Part shown: piece by piece, positions 9,869 to 19,340 of the stretch
How positions within the stretch are numbered: position 1 is the stretch's first letter
Layout of the letters: each line of letters opens with the position of its first letter
Origin: Chlamydiales bacterium
Lineage (GTDB): Bacteria > Chlamydiota > Chlamydiia > Chlamydiales > JARBTQ01
Direction of reading: 5' to 3'
Assembly: GCA_029240075.1 (NCBI GenBank)
Contig: JARBTQ010000006.1
Location: 2,544 to 66,543 of the forward strand
Length of the DNA stretch: 64,000 nt
Position numbers and translations under genes: made by a program
Notes under the pieces: model-generated
What the model was told of the DNA's origin: nothing
The model's database searches: none
The model's input: the letters and a program-made list of their open reading frames with translations, nothing else

Positions 9869-10843
9869 ATGCTAAAACATTATGTCTGCTCACTATGGTA
9901 TATGGGTTTTTATTTACTTTTCCTGTGTGGCGCTGTTCAAGGTTTTTGCAGTATTGAGGTAGAGCTTATTGAATCAGTTGCAGTGCGCAGCACTACAATT
10001 ACTCTAGGAGACATTGCTCATATCTCGGCGGATGATTCAAGCTCCCGTCAACGCGTAGCGCAAATTATTATCGATCAATTTCCAAATGTCGATACTAGTC
10101 GAGTGATCTCTTCATTCAAAATTAAAAAGACTTTAGAGCAAGCTGGGTTTCAGGAAGTAAAGCTCACTGGCTTGAATAGTAAAGTTTATGTGGATACACA
10201 AATTGTCCCTGTGATGTCTATTGAAAAAGCTATTGAGGATTGGCTACACAGCTTACTAACTTCTGATGTGGAAGCCGTAATTCAATACGAGAAAATTCCC
10301 CACCAGTGGAAAGTTCCTGCGGGAGAGCAATTTTCCATAGAAGTTACTTCAGCAAAAAATAGAATTGGTGGTGTTGTAAGCTTAACTTTGAAAGCTGTAG
10401 ATGGCAAAAAGATGATTAGTTCAAGCCAAGCTCGAATTAACGTTGCTCTTTATAGACCAGTAGTGACTCTCGCTAGACACATGAAAAAAGGCGATCATTT
10501 GGATGAGAGTAGCTTGATGGTTCAAAGAATGGATGTTACGCAATCAAATGGTATGGAAATTGCTGATTTAAAAGAAGTTTTAGGCAAAGTGCTGAAAAAA
10601 GATTTAGGGGCAGATAGCCTACTTTATAGACAAGATTTAGATCTACCGATTTTGATTGAGAAAGGGTCCTTAAACAGAATAATTGTAGTCAATGGCGATC
10701 TAAAGATGAATATGACAGGAGCTAAAGCTTTGCAGAATGGAAAGAAGGCAGAAACTATAAATTTTACGAATCCAATTAACGAAAAAACAGTTATACAAGC
10801 AAAAGTAATTAGAGCTGGCTTAGCAGTAATGCATATAAATTAA
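9869..10843 (+). CDS. flgA: P-ring assembly chaperone FlgA
   Basis: Signal peptide, ITLGDIA N-domain, SAF-like region, GAKALQNGKK..I...NP C-terminus; between flgG and flgH. Confidence 0.85.
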   Translation: MLKHYVCSLWYMGFYLLFLCGAVQGFCSIEVELIESVAVRSTTITLGDIAHISADDSSSRQRVAQIIIDQFPNVDTSRVISSFKIKKTLEQAGFQEVKLTGLNSKVYVDTQIVPVMSIEKAIEDWLHSLLTSDVEAVIQYEKIPHQWKVPAGEQFSIEVTSAKNRIGGVVSLTLKAVDGKKMISSSQARINVALYRPVVTLARHMKKGDHLDESSLMVQRMDVTQSNGMEIADLKEVLGKVLKKDLGADSLLYRQDLDLPILIEKGSLNRIIVVNGDLKMNMTGAKALQNGKKAETINFTNPINEKTVIQAKVIRAGLAVMHIN

Positions 10844-10847
10844 AGTA

Positions 10848-10918
10848 TAGACCCCTTGCAAAACTCTTTTTACTGGAATTTAATAGACTAATTGGCAAAG
10901 GGTTCTGCAAGCAATCTA
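10848..10918. repeat. ~70-bp palindromic (MITE/RPE-like) element inside the flagellar operon
   Basis: Left end TAGACCCCTTGCAAAACTCTTT; right end reverse complement TAGATTGCTTGCAGAACCCTTT. Confidence 0.6.
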
Positions 10919-10948
10919 ATGCTAAGGATAAATGAGGAGTATAAGACA

Positions 10949-11566
10949 ATGTTTCATAATAAATGGTTATTAGCAGTTATAAGTTCTATGACTTTGATAG
11001 GAGCCCCATTATCTGCGGCCCGCCCTTCTCTTTATAGTATAAAGAATTCTCCATTTGCTGCTGATAATGCTGCTAATGTAGGCGATTTATTGACAATCAT
11101 TGTGGATGAGTTTGCTGATGCTAAAGATGAGGGTGAAAATGATAGTGAGCTCTCTAGCGATGTTCTTAGCAGTACTTTAAACAATTTTTTGCTTTCTTAC
11201 ATACATCTGGATGGAAGACTGGGGAAAGCTATAGGGAATAATAGAGCGGGCTCAGCTGATACTAATAAGATTAAAGGGAAAGCTAAAAATATCAATAAAC
11301 ATGACTTTAAAACGGAACTACAGGCACGAGTAATTGAAGTTGTGGCTCCTGACCAGCTTTTAATCAGAGGAAGTAGATCTTTAAATTTTAATGGAAAGCT
11401 CAAAGATGTTTTTATTACAGGGATTATCCGCAAGCAAGACATCTCTGTTGCTAACTCTATTGAATCTAAGAAATTAGCAGATGCCACAATAGAAATTGAT
11501 GGAGAAGTTGTTTCCAAAGATTTACAACCAGGCTTCTTTAGAAAGTTGTTAAGAAAAGTTTTTTAA
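10949..11566 (+). CDS. flgH: Flagellar L-ring protein FlgH
   Basis: A.NVGDLLTIIVDE, ARVIEV, L.I.G.R, ITGIIR.QDI...NSI.S.KLADA.I, QPGFF C-terminus; start moved to ATG 10949 (GAGGAG RBS). Confidence 0.88.
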   Translation: MFHNKWLLAVISSMTLIGAPLSAARPSLYSIKNSPFAADNAANVGDLLTIIVDEFADAKDEGENDSELSSDVLSSTLNNFLLSYIHLDGRLGKAIGNNRAGSADTNKIKGKAKNINKHDFKTELQARVIEVVAPDQLLIRGSRSLNFNGKLKDVFITGIIRKQDISVANSIESKKLADATIEIDGEVVSKDLQPGFFRKLLRKVF

Positions 11567-11591
11567 GCTAACAAACCCTACGGGAAAAATT

Positions 11592-12824
11592 ATGAAAACG
11601 AAAGCGATGATGTTAGCTTGTTTAAGCTACGCACTTCTAATGTTTAATTCCCTTCAAGCTCAAATCAGCCCTGATTGGAAGATTATTAAAGAAAAAGAAA
11701 ATTTAGATAAAGCATTAGAGCCCTATCGTGCAGGGCCAGCTCCGGGGCGTTCAATCAAAATTGGTGATTTAACCAATGTGGTCGGAGATGAAAAAGTGGT
11801 ATTAACTGGTTTCGGGATAGTTTCTGGTCTCAATGGGACAGGGGATAGTGCTGGTCCAGCTAGAGATATGCTTGTGAAGGTAGCGCAGAGACAAGGAATT
11901 CAATTCAACGCAGCCTCTTTGCAGGGAAAGAATCTTGCTTTAGTGTCTATCTCAGCAGAAGTATCCCCATATCAGAGAACTTTTGACATAGCTGTTAAAT
12001 CAATTGGAGATGCAAAATCATTGCAAAATGGTTTTTTAGAGGCTTCAACGCTTAGTCCTGTAGGTTCTGATGTGGTCTATGCCTTTGCTTCAGGAGCTCT
12101 TTCTTTGGGCGCTCGTTATTTTGCTGCTACACCTGGAAATGGAGCAGGAGCTACAGCAGGAGGAGCAACATCTGTTACAATTGGACACCCTACGGCTGCA
12201 TTCGTAATTGATGGAGGAGAAGTTGTTAAGGAGATTCCTACTGCTCGTCTAGAAGATAATAAGCTAACCTTATTTATTAAACATCCTAACGAAAGAACAT
12301 CAATTAATATATCTGATTCAATCAATCGTTACATGGGCAAGATGGGTATCGAGGCGGAAGCTACAAGTGCTTCTACAGTCACTATTTATGTGCCAAAGTA
12401 TTACCAAAATAACCAAGGTAGATTAACTCAGTTAATTGCAGACATCAATGATATGCCCGCGACAGTTTCCCGTAGAGCTATTATAACTATCGACCAAGGT
12501 TCTGGTGTCATTGCTATGACCGAAGGGGTAAAGATGGAGCCAGGTTCTATCACAATTGCAGGTATTACAGTTTCTGTATCTTCTGATGTTCAAGCTGTTA
12601 ATAAAGGTGGAATCTTAGGAGGAAACGACTTTGTAGAGCAGCCTTCTCTTGAAGTTGATGAAAAGAAAGCTAATTTTCTTTCAATACCTGCTGGTACTGA
12701 TCTCAGAATGGTTCAGGAAACATTGAATGCCATGAAACTAACGCCTACAAGTATGATTTCAGTCTTTAACGCTATGCATAAAGCAGGAATGATTCATGCT
12801 GATTTAATTATCTTGCCGAAATAA
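11592..12824 (+). CDS. flgI: Flagellar P-ring protein FlgI
   Basis: LTGFGIVSGLNGTGDS, KNLALV, SIGDAKSLQNG.L, AMHKAGMIHADL. Confidence 0.93.
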   Translation: MKTKAMMLACLSYALLMFNSLQAQISPDWKIIKEKENLDKALEPYRAGPAPGRSIKIGDLTNVVGDEKVVLTGFGIVSGLNGTGDSAGPARDMLVKVAQRQGIQFNAASLQGKNLALVSISAEVSPYQRTFDIAVKSIGDAKSLQNGFLEASTLSPVGSDVVYAFASGALSLGARYFAATPGNGAGATAGGATSVTIGHPTAAFVIDGGEVVKEIPTARLEDNKLTLFIKHPNERTSINISDSINRYMGKMGIEAEATSASTVTIYVPKYYQNNQGRLTQLIADINDMPATVSRRAIITIDQGSGVIAMTEGVKMEPGSITIAGITVSVSSDVQAVNKGGILGGNDFVEQPSLEVDEKKANFLSIPAGTDLRMVQETLNAMKLTPTSMISVFNAMHKAGMIHADLIILPK

Positions 12825-12847
12825 GCATATGGGATAGAGGAATAATC

Positions 12848-13186
12848 ATGAGTGTTATAAATAGTTCTATACCGAATACAAAAGCAAATTACAATATTGG
12901 GAACACCAACTTTCGCAATAACCATGTTAGCAAAGATCCAAAGCAAGTGGGAGCCGATTTTGAATCATTTGTATTCTACAGACCTATGTTTAAAATGATG
13001 AGAGAGGATCAATTCGCGACAAAAGAAGATCCTTTCTTTAATAGTGATGAGATGAAAAACATACAAGAAATGCGCGATGAGGTTATTGCCGATTACTTAG
13101 GAGCTCAAGGTAAACTAGGAATGATCAAGCTTTTAGAAGAGTCAGCATATATTTCAGAGCAGAAAAATACAGCTGAAGCTGTATGA
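12848..13186 (+). CDS. flgJ: Rod-capping FlgJ (rod-binding domain only)
   Basis: DFESFVF..MFKMMR...F.S...QEMRDE.IA....GKLG pattern; directly after flgI; 112 aa. Confidence 0.75.
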   Translation: MSVINSSIPNTKANYNIGNTNFRNNHVSKDPKQVGADFESFVFYRPMFKMMREDQFATKEDPFFNSDEMKNIQEMRDEVIADYLGAQGKLGMIKLLEESAYISEQKNTAEAV

Positions 13187-13232
13187 ATTATATAGTTAAG
13201 TAAAATGAAATATTTGTATAGAAGAGGCTCTT

Positions 13233-13811
13233 ATGGAAATAGATAAAGATCGCTACATAGATCCAGAAAAGGAGCAGAGTGACATTGTAAAGAGCGCTCA
13301 AAAACGATTACAAGAATTGATGCAGCGTGAGATAGCAGTTATGAGAGAAATGCTATCTAGTATGCAAAGAGAACAAGATAGCTTATTGCTAAATAATGTC
13401 AATGTATTGCAGATGATAATGAAGGATAGAGAAGCTATTTTTGAAACTTTAATGAGCATTAGAAATGAAAGAATAGAAGAAGTGAAGCTTGTCGCAACTT
13501 TACTCTACAAAGCAAAAGGATACCCGCCCAATAATGATGGTCAGGAGAAAAAATTAGAAGACTTATTAGATCCTACGAGCTCTGAGACCTGTGAAATCTT
13601 TTTACTAAGAGACCAACTACTGGCTTTATTAGAGAAAATCAATGAGCAAAATAGCCGCAATAACCGTCTTATTCAGAATCGGATCAGGAATACGAAAGAA
13701 TTAATGCGACGCTTGTATCCGAATGAATTAGGCCCAGTCTATCAAGGAGACGGGAAATATGCGCAAAAAACAAAAATTACCACAATGACTTTGATCAATC
13801 ATGAGGGATAG
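13233..13811 (+). CDS. flgN: Flagellar export chaperone FlgN
   Basis: Helical protein with N..N..LI and late Y..xG motifs, immediately before flgK. Confidence 0.7.
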   Translation: MEIDKDRYIDPEKEQSDIVKSAQKRLQELMQREIAVMREMLSSMQREQDSLLLNNVNVLQMIMKDREAIFETLMSIRNERIEEVKLVATLLYKAKGYPPNNDGQEKKLEDLLDPTSSETCEIFLLRDQLLALLEKINEQNSRNNRLIQNRIRNTKELMRRLYPNELGPVYQGDGKYAQKTKITTMTLINHEG

Positions 13812-13814
13812 CTT

Positions 13815-16139
13815 ATGTGCAGTATGAATGTTAGTAAAGATGCGATGTTAGTTTATCGTAAAGGGTTAGATGTTTTTGCGCGTAATATTTCACAGGCTGG
13901 AAATAAAAATTATTCCCGTCAAGAAGTAACTCTGGCTACAGCGGGTAGTATACAGATTGGGGGATTTCATTATGGTCAGGGAGTGGAAATTGCTAGCATA
14001 CAACGCATTCGTAATGAAATGCTTGATAAGCAAGTTCGTTCTGTTAACGCAGATCACAGTGGGAATACTTTAAAAGCTCAATGGTTAGATCGTCTGTTAA
14101 ATATACATAACAATTCTGAAGGTGTTGGATTAAATCATCATCTTGCTATGTTTTGGAATAGCTGGACAACATTGTCTTCTTCAACAGCTTCCAATGAAAC
14201 GGCATGTAGGCAAGAAGTTATTAATTCAGCTAAAGCTCTAGTTCATTCTGTCAGAACATTGGATGCGGAGCTTGACGCGCATGGAGATGTAGCTAATAGC
14301 GATTTATCAACAAAAGTTGAGAGGTTCAATCATGTTACTAAGGAAATTTCCCATTTAAATGAGCTTATTCTTTCTGCTGAAGTAGGAGCTGAATCCAAAG
14401 CAAATGATCTCAGAGATCGAAGAGATGGCTTATTAGATGAATTATCGAACTTAATGGAAATTTCTACAAAAGAAGATAGTTCGGGGAATTTTACAGTATT
14501 TGTTGGAAATCATGCAGTCGTTATGGGGCCTAATTCTGAAAAACTTGTAGAAAGAGATCCAAGCTCTAGTAGTCCCTATAGTCATTTCAAATTAGCATGG
14601 GAGTTTGGAGATTCTTTTACGCCCCCATTTACAGGGGAAATTCCTGCATTACTTGATGTTCGAGATACAATGATTGCTGAACAGCATGAAAACCTTAATA
14701 CTTTTACAAAAGACTTTATTGACGCTGTCAATACTATCTACTCTAATGGTATTGGAGCCGAGGGTGAAACCGTCATGCGTAGTCGTTTAGGAGTCTCTGC
14801 CTTAGGTGTTTCAGATTCTATGACTCCTTTAAATTTAGTGCCTAATGGCGAAACAGGGCATATTGAATTTGGATTTTACGACAGTCAACAAAACTTAGTT
14901 CGCACGGCTGGTATAGTAGTTCATTCTACAGACACCTTAGCGCAAATTATGGCTAAATTAAACAATATTAAAGGTTTAAACGCTTCTGTTATTTCAGATC
15001 CAGATGATAATTACAAACTGGAATTTTCAATAAATAGTGCTGAATGTAGTTTAGGCGAAGTTCAATTTGGCATCGTAAATAATGCTAGTGGAAGCTTTGA
15101 TGAAAATGGCATTTTCAAAGCAGATGGTAAATTTGACAATACTACTGGTCGGTCAGATCAAAAAGGGATTTTACAGCTTTTTGGATTTCCTGGTTACAAT
15201 GATAGTATAAGCTTTCATAAGTCTACGAATATAAGTTCAGTCCTCCCTATCTTAGCTAGTCAAGACATTACTAATCTATATAATGATTTAGACGTAGTAA
15301 GCGTAGCAGCTGCTAGAACTAAAAAGCTGGGTTTAAGTGGTTATTTTACAGTGGATACATTTGAAACCGCTACTAGTACAGTTTCTAATGCGGGGCATCA
15401 TGCTCAGCAATTTCGTATAGATGTTGTTCCTACTGATTGTATGGATGACATCATGAATAAAATTAATAACTTAACGACAGACTATGGCGTAAGCATGTCG
15501 TTCAACTCCTTAACAAATCAATACGAGTTGACTAGTTTAACAGTAACAGATGCTTATGGTGAAATTCTAGACGTTACGGGATCTACAACTCCTGACGGAT
15601 CAACGGCTTACGCTGTGCAGCTTTCTTTTGGTAATTTTTACCATGAAAGTATAACAGCAACTGATCGACCTCCTTTAGGCTATAATGGTCTAGGCGATAA
15701 TACAAGGTTGTTTGCTCTAATGCAAATGAATACTCTCTTTAGTGGAAGAGATGCCAATGATATCGATATGGATGATACTATCACTTCCGTTTGGCAAATT
15801 CATAAAGGATACAGTACTCATCCTGGTGATAACGGTATGGCTTTAGATATGTTCCGGCTTAAAGATCAAAAAATTGCTGCAAACAATTCTACCACTTTAG
15901 ATCAAAGCTATAGAGATCTTATTGCTAAACTTGCCCAAGAAGCTAAAGAAGCTGAAACGTATGTTGTAGATTCCGATGTTAAACTAAAAGGTATCATAGA
16001 TAAAAGACAAGGAATCTCAGGTGTTAGCTTGGATGAAGAATTAGCAGCAATGATGCAATACCAGCAATACTACGCTTTTAATGCGAGAATTTTTGAAATG
16101 ATGAATGAAATTGATAAAATGACTTTACAACTAGGCTAA
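13815..16139 (+). CDS. flgK: Hook-associated protein 1 FlgK (long form)
   Basis: NISQAG...YSRQ, GQGVEI..I.R, ANDLRDRRD.LLDELS, ISGVSLDEE...MMQYQQ.Y. Confidence 0.93.
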   Translation: MCSMNVSKDAMLVYRKGLDVFARNISQAGNKNYSRQEVTLATAGSIQIGGFHYGQGVEIASIQRIRNEMLDKQVRSVNADHSGNTLKAQWLDRLLNIHNNSEGVGLNHHLAMFWNSWTTLSSSTASNETACRQEVINSAKALVHSVRTLDAELDAHGDVANSDLSTKVERFNHVTKEISHLNELILSAEVGAESKANDLRDRRDGLLDELSNLMEISTKEDSSGNFTVFVGNHAVVMGPNSEKLVERDPSSSSPYSHFKLAWEFGDSFTPPFTGEIPALLDVRDTMIAEQHENLNTFTKDFIDAVNTIYSNGIGAEGETVMRSRLGVSALGVSDSMTPLNLVPNGETGHIEFGFYDSQQNLVRTAGIVVHSTDTLAQIMAKLNNIKGLNASVISDPDDNYKLEFSINSAECSLGEVQFGIVNNASGSFDENGIFKADGKFDNTTGRSDQKGILQLFGFPGYNDSISFHKSTNISSVLPILASQDITNLYNDLDVVSVAAARTKKLGLSGYFTVDTFETATSTVSNAGHHAQQFRIDVVPTDCMDDIMNKINNLTTDYGVSMSFNSLTNQYELTSLTVTDAYGEILDVTGSTTPDGSTAYAVQLSFGNFYHESITATDRPPLGYNGLGDNTRLFALMQMNTLFSGRDANDIDMDDTITSVWQIHKGYSTHPGDNGMALDMFRLKDQKIAANNSTTLDQSYRDLIAKLAQEAKEAETYVVDSDVKLKGIIDKRQGISGVSLDEELAAMMQYQQYYAFNARIFEMMNEIDKMTLQLG

Positions 16140-16166
16140 AATAGTTATTAAGAAAGGAATCATAGT

Positions 16167-17117
16167 ATGTCTGAATCAGAAAAAGTTTCCAATGTTCAAA
16201 CGTTTGATCGTATGGTTTCCAGTATTAGGGAGCAAACAGCAAAGACTAGCCGTCTTGTAGAGCAGACGACTAGTGAACAGCGCCTTTTAAGTCCTGCAGA
16301 TGATCCTGTTAGTTACAGTCAATCAATGCACTACCAAGCTAAAATTGCGCATAACAAAGAATTTGAAAAAACATATAAAGCAGCTAATACATGGATTACA
16401 GCTACTTCTAATTATTTGGATCAAGTAATAGGGGGAGTTTATCTGCGTGCAGGTGAAATCGCAACAGATGCAAATGATGGTTCTAAAAATAGTCATGACA
16501 GACAAAACATGGCTGATGAAGTGGATGCATTATTAAATTCACTATTACAGCTGACAAATGGACAACTAGCTGGTAATTATCTTTTTTCAGGCTCTAAGAC
16601 AGAAACTCCCCCTTTTAGGGCGGAACGCAACGCAGATCAGCAGATTATAGCTGTTTACTATGAAGGGGATTCTTTTGTTCAAAAATATCGGATGAGTAAC
16701 GATGGAATGAGCCAAATAAACTTGATAGGTGGTAATTCTGGTAACGATAAAGCATTTGGATGCTTTATTGATACGAACTCTGGTGTAAATGTATTTAGTA
16801 CTCTTATCAAACTTCGAGATCGCATTAATGACAATATTATGGATAACTCAGCAGGTGATATGATTACCGAAATTCAATCTGTTACAGATCATTTAATTAC
16901 TGCTCAGACTCGCTTGGGGGGATTTCAAAAGATTGCTCAATTAGATTTTGAAAGGGTTGAAGAGCAAGGTAGCTATATGGAAAAGGCCTTAAAAGACTTG
17001 GTTGATATGGACCCTATACAATCTTTAATAGAAATGAATAATTTGCAAGTATTGTACCAGGCTTCTTTAGCAATGGCTACCCGTATAAGTCAGACGACTT
17101 TGCTAAACTATATGTAG
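16167..17117 (+). CDS. flgL: Hook-associated protein 3 FlgL
   Basis: SPADDPV, GNYLFSGSKTETPPF, YQASL....RI.Q.TLLNY. Confidence 0.92.
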   Translation: MSESEKVSNVQTFDRMVSSIREQTAKTSRLVEQTTSEQRLLSPADDPVSYSQSMHYQAKIAHNKEFEKTYKAANTWITATSNYLDQVIGGVYLRAGEIATDANDGSKNSHDRQNMADEVDALLNSLLQLTNGQLAGNYLFSGSKTETPPFRAERNADQQIIAVYYEGDSFVQKYRMSNDGMSQINLIGGNSGNDKAFGCFIDTNSGVNVFSTLIKLRDRINDNIMDNSAGDMITEIQSVTDHLITAQTRLGGFQKIAQLDFERVEEQGSYMEKALKDLVDMDPIQSLIEMNNLQVLYQASLAMATRISQTTLLNYM

Positions 17118-17377
17118 CATTAGAAGCTTATCTAAGATTTAAAATTTTTTAGGTCAGCTAATTGATAAATAATAGCTTGTTCCTAGCATAGATGGTTTCT
17201 AGCAATTAAAGGGGTAGATCAATTATTTACATGACTCTAGATTTAGCTTTCACTAATAAATTGAGCTACGCTAGTAAAAAAATAGATAAGTTTAAAAAAT
17301 GAATTTAAAGTAGGCTGAAAAAGTTTATCCTAACATTTTTTGATATTTTTGTTTCATAGCCGAAAAGAGGTACAGGC

Positions 17378-17827
17378 ATGCAACCATTAGAGAATGATTT
17401 TTTTGATACAAATGAAGGATGTAAGAATATCCAGCAAATCCTTTTTCCAGAGGGGCTACCAGGTTTAGAAAACGTAAAAGAATTTTTACTTATTGCGGAA
17501 GAGGAGGAAACTCCTTTTGTCTGGTTGCAAGCTGCCCACAATCCTGAAACTTCATTTTTAACAGTAGATCCTTTTATCATTCATCCAAGTTATTTACCTG
17601 ATATCTCTGAAGAGGATTTGCAGGCTGTAAATATCGGAGACTTAAGTGATGTCTTTCTCACTTGTATTGTGAATATGAGGAATAACCATGAGCAGGGAGT
17701 TACGGTTAATTTAGTAAGTCCCATTTTAATTAATTGGAAGAGTAAAGTGGGGAAACAAGTTATTTTACAAAACTACCAAGATTATTCTGTAAGATATCGT
17801 ATAGATCAAGCTCCAAAAAGTGCATAA
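17378..17827 (+). CDS. fliW: Flagellar assembly factor FliW
   Basis: FPEGLPGLE, PFVWLQ, F..VDPF...P.Y, TVNL.SPILIN....GKQVIL..Y. Confidence 0.93.
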   Translation: MQPLENDFFDTNEGCKNIQQILFPEGLPGLENVKEFLLIAEEEETPFVWLQAAHNPETSFLTVDPFIIHPSYLPDISEEDLQAVNIGDLSDVFLTCIVNMRNNHEQGVTVNLVSPILINWKSKVGKQVILQNYQDYSVRYRIDQAPKSA

Positions 17828-18009
17828 GATTTTATTTTATAATTAATATTTTATATTTATGTAGTGGTACTCGATAAATTTTGCTTAGTTTGGCTTTATA
17901 TATGTTCTAATACTCTTTAAGATTAAGCCTTACAAAATAAACACTGCTATTCCTTTTTTCAAAAATCTATAGGTCAAGCATTGCGTGTCCTTAAAGGGTA
18001 CTTTAATTT

Positions 18010-18040
18010 AAAGGCAACGGGTTTAGACTAGTTGCCTTTT
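18010..18040 (+). terminator. Intrinsic terminator after fliW
   Basis: AAAGGCAAC-loop-GTTGCCTTTT. Confidence 0.5.
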
Positions 18041-18171
18041 CAAGTTTAAAAAGCTTCTTATAATCTTTAGCTAATAATATACTTGTAAGTCTCATAGATC
18101 TATCATAAAACCTGCAGTATGCTTTGTTGACCCCAATTATTAGATCTGTGTCATAGTTTTTTAAACAATCA

Positions 18172-18199
18172 TAAAGTTTCTAGAAGGATAATCCGATAG
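18172..18199 (+). promoter_or_regulatory. Sigma28-like promoter candidate
   Basis: TAAAGTTT-N12-TCCGATAG versus enteric consensus TAAAGTTT-N11-GCCGATAA (spacer one base long). Confidence 0.4.
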
Positions 18200-18493
18200 T
18201 ATATGTGGCTAGAGAAGCAGTTGATGTTAAGTTATCGGCGCAAAGTACAAGGAGGCTAAATCTCTTTCTAGATGTCTTTTCAACGAATTATTAATCTGAG
18301 GAGAGGGGAGCATAACTTATCTAAACTGGTTCTCTTTCTCTAGCCTCTTGCTTATTTACCCCTAGGTCTTTTTTTTATTTTTACTGAAAGTGCCTAATTC
18401 TTTTCCTATGTAAAATAATATTTTAGGAGATAGAATTAATCTATATTTACTCATCGATTAACTCCATACAGAATTTTAAAGGGATCAAAAGAT

Positions 18494-19339
18494 ATGCCCC
18501 CTGTGATGACTACTTTTGATTTGGATATTACCAGTCAACAAAATTTAAAAATAAAAAGAGCTATTAGCTTTAGAAATAGAAAAGAACGGGATGAAGAAGG
18601 ACTTTTTATAATAGAAGGTTACCGAGAGTTACTTAGAGCATCTGATGCAGGTTGGAATATTTTAGAGCTGTTTGTATGTCCAAAACTCTTTCTAGGTTGC
18701 AATGAACCAGAATTAATAACTGGGCTAAAGTCGAGAGGAACTAAGGTCTACAACTGTGAACAGGGTGTCTTCGAGAAGCTTTCTTATAGAGACCGGCCAG
18801 ATGGATTGGTTGCCATCGCTCGTCAAGAAAAAAGAGGGCTTGTATTTTTAGAGCAAATATTAGCAACAAACCACTCTAGTAATCCTTTGTTTATTGTCGC
18901 AGAAGCCATTGAAAAACCTGGTAATTTAGGGACTATTTTGAGATCTGCTGATGCAGCTGGAGTTACTGCTGTTATAGTTTGTGATAAATGCACAGATATA
19001 TATAATCCAAATGTCGTAAGAGCTAGTGTTGGGACTCTTTTTACAGTTCCAGTTATTGAGACTACAAGTGATGATGCCTTAAGCTGGCTTCATAAAAACA
19101 ATATCGCTATTGTCGCAGCCACCCCAGCGGCTCAATCTGAGTTTACAGAAGTTAACCTAAAAGCAGCTGTTGCAATAGCTGTTGGAACAGAGCAATTGGG
19201 CTTATCTGATAAATGGTTGAATTTAGCTTCTATTAAAGTAAAAATTCCTATGCTTGGTACAGCAGACTCTTTAAATGTCGCTACGGCAACAACATTACTT
19301 GCTTATGAAGCTGTTAGACAAAGGCGTATTAAAAATTAA
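18494..19339 (+). CDS. TrmH/SpoU family RNA 2'-O-methyltransferase
   Basis: EKPGNLGTILRSADAAG, RASVG, GTEQLGL, IPMLG.ADSLNVA. Confidence 0.93.
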   Translation: MPPVMTTFDLDITSQQNLKIKRAISFRNRKERDEEGLFIIEGYRELLRASDAGWNILELFVCPKLFLGCNEPELITGLKSRGTKVYNCEQGVFEKLSYRDRPDGLVAIARQEKRGLVFLEQILATNHSSNPLFIVAEAIEKPGNLGTILRSADAAGVTAVIVCDKCTDIYNPNVVRASVGTLFTVPVIETTSDDALSWLHKNNIAIVAATPAAQSEFTEVNLKAAVAIAVGTEQLGLSDKWLNLASIKVKIPMLGTADSLNVATATTLLAYEAVRQRRIKN

Positions 19340-19340
19340 T

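Noticed and set aside
10892-10910. TTGGCAAAGGGTTCTGCAA as a second sigma54 promoter
   Set aside because: GG-GC spacing is one base too long and it lies in the arm of the palindromic element
17340-17366. GCCGAAAA as a sigma28 -10 box for fliW
   Set aside because: Poor -35 (TTGA) and very close to the start codon
18203-18259. 18-codon ORF MWLEKQLMLSYRRKVQGG as a csrA remnant
   Set aside because: Too short; resemblance to the CsrA N-terminus is at chance level
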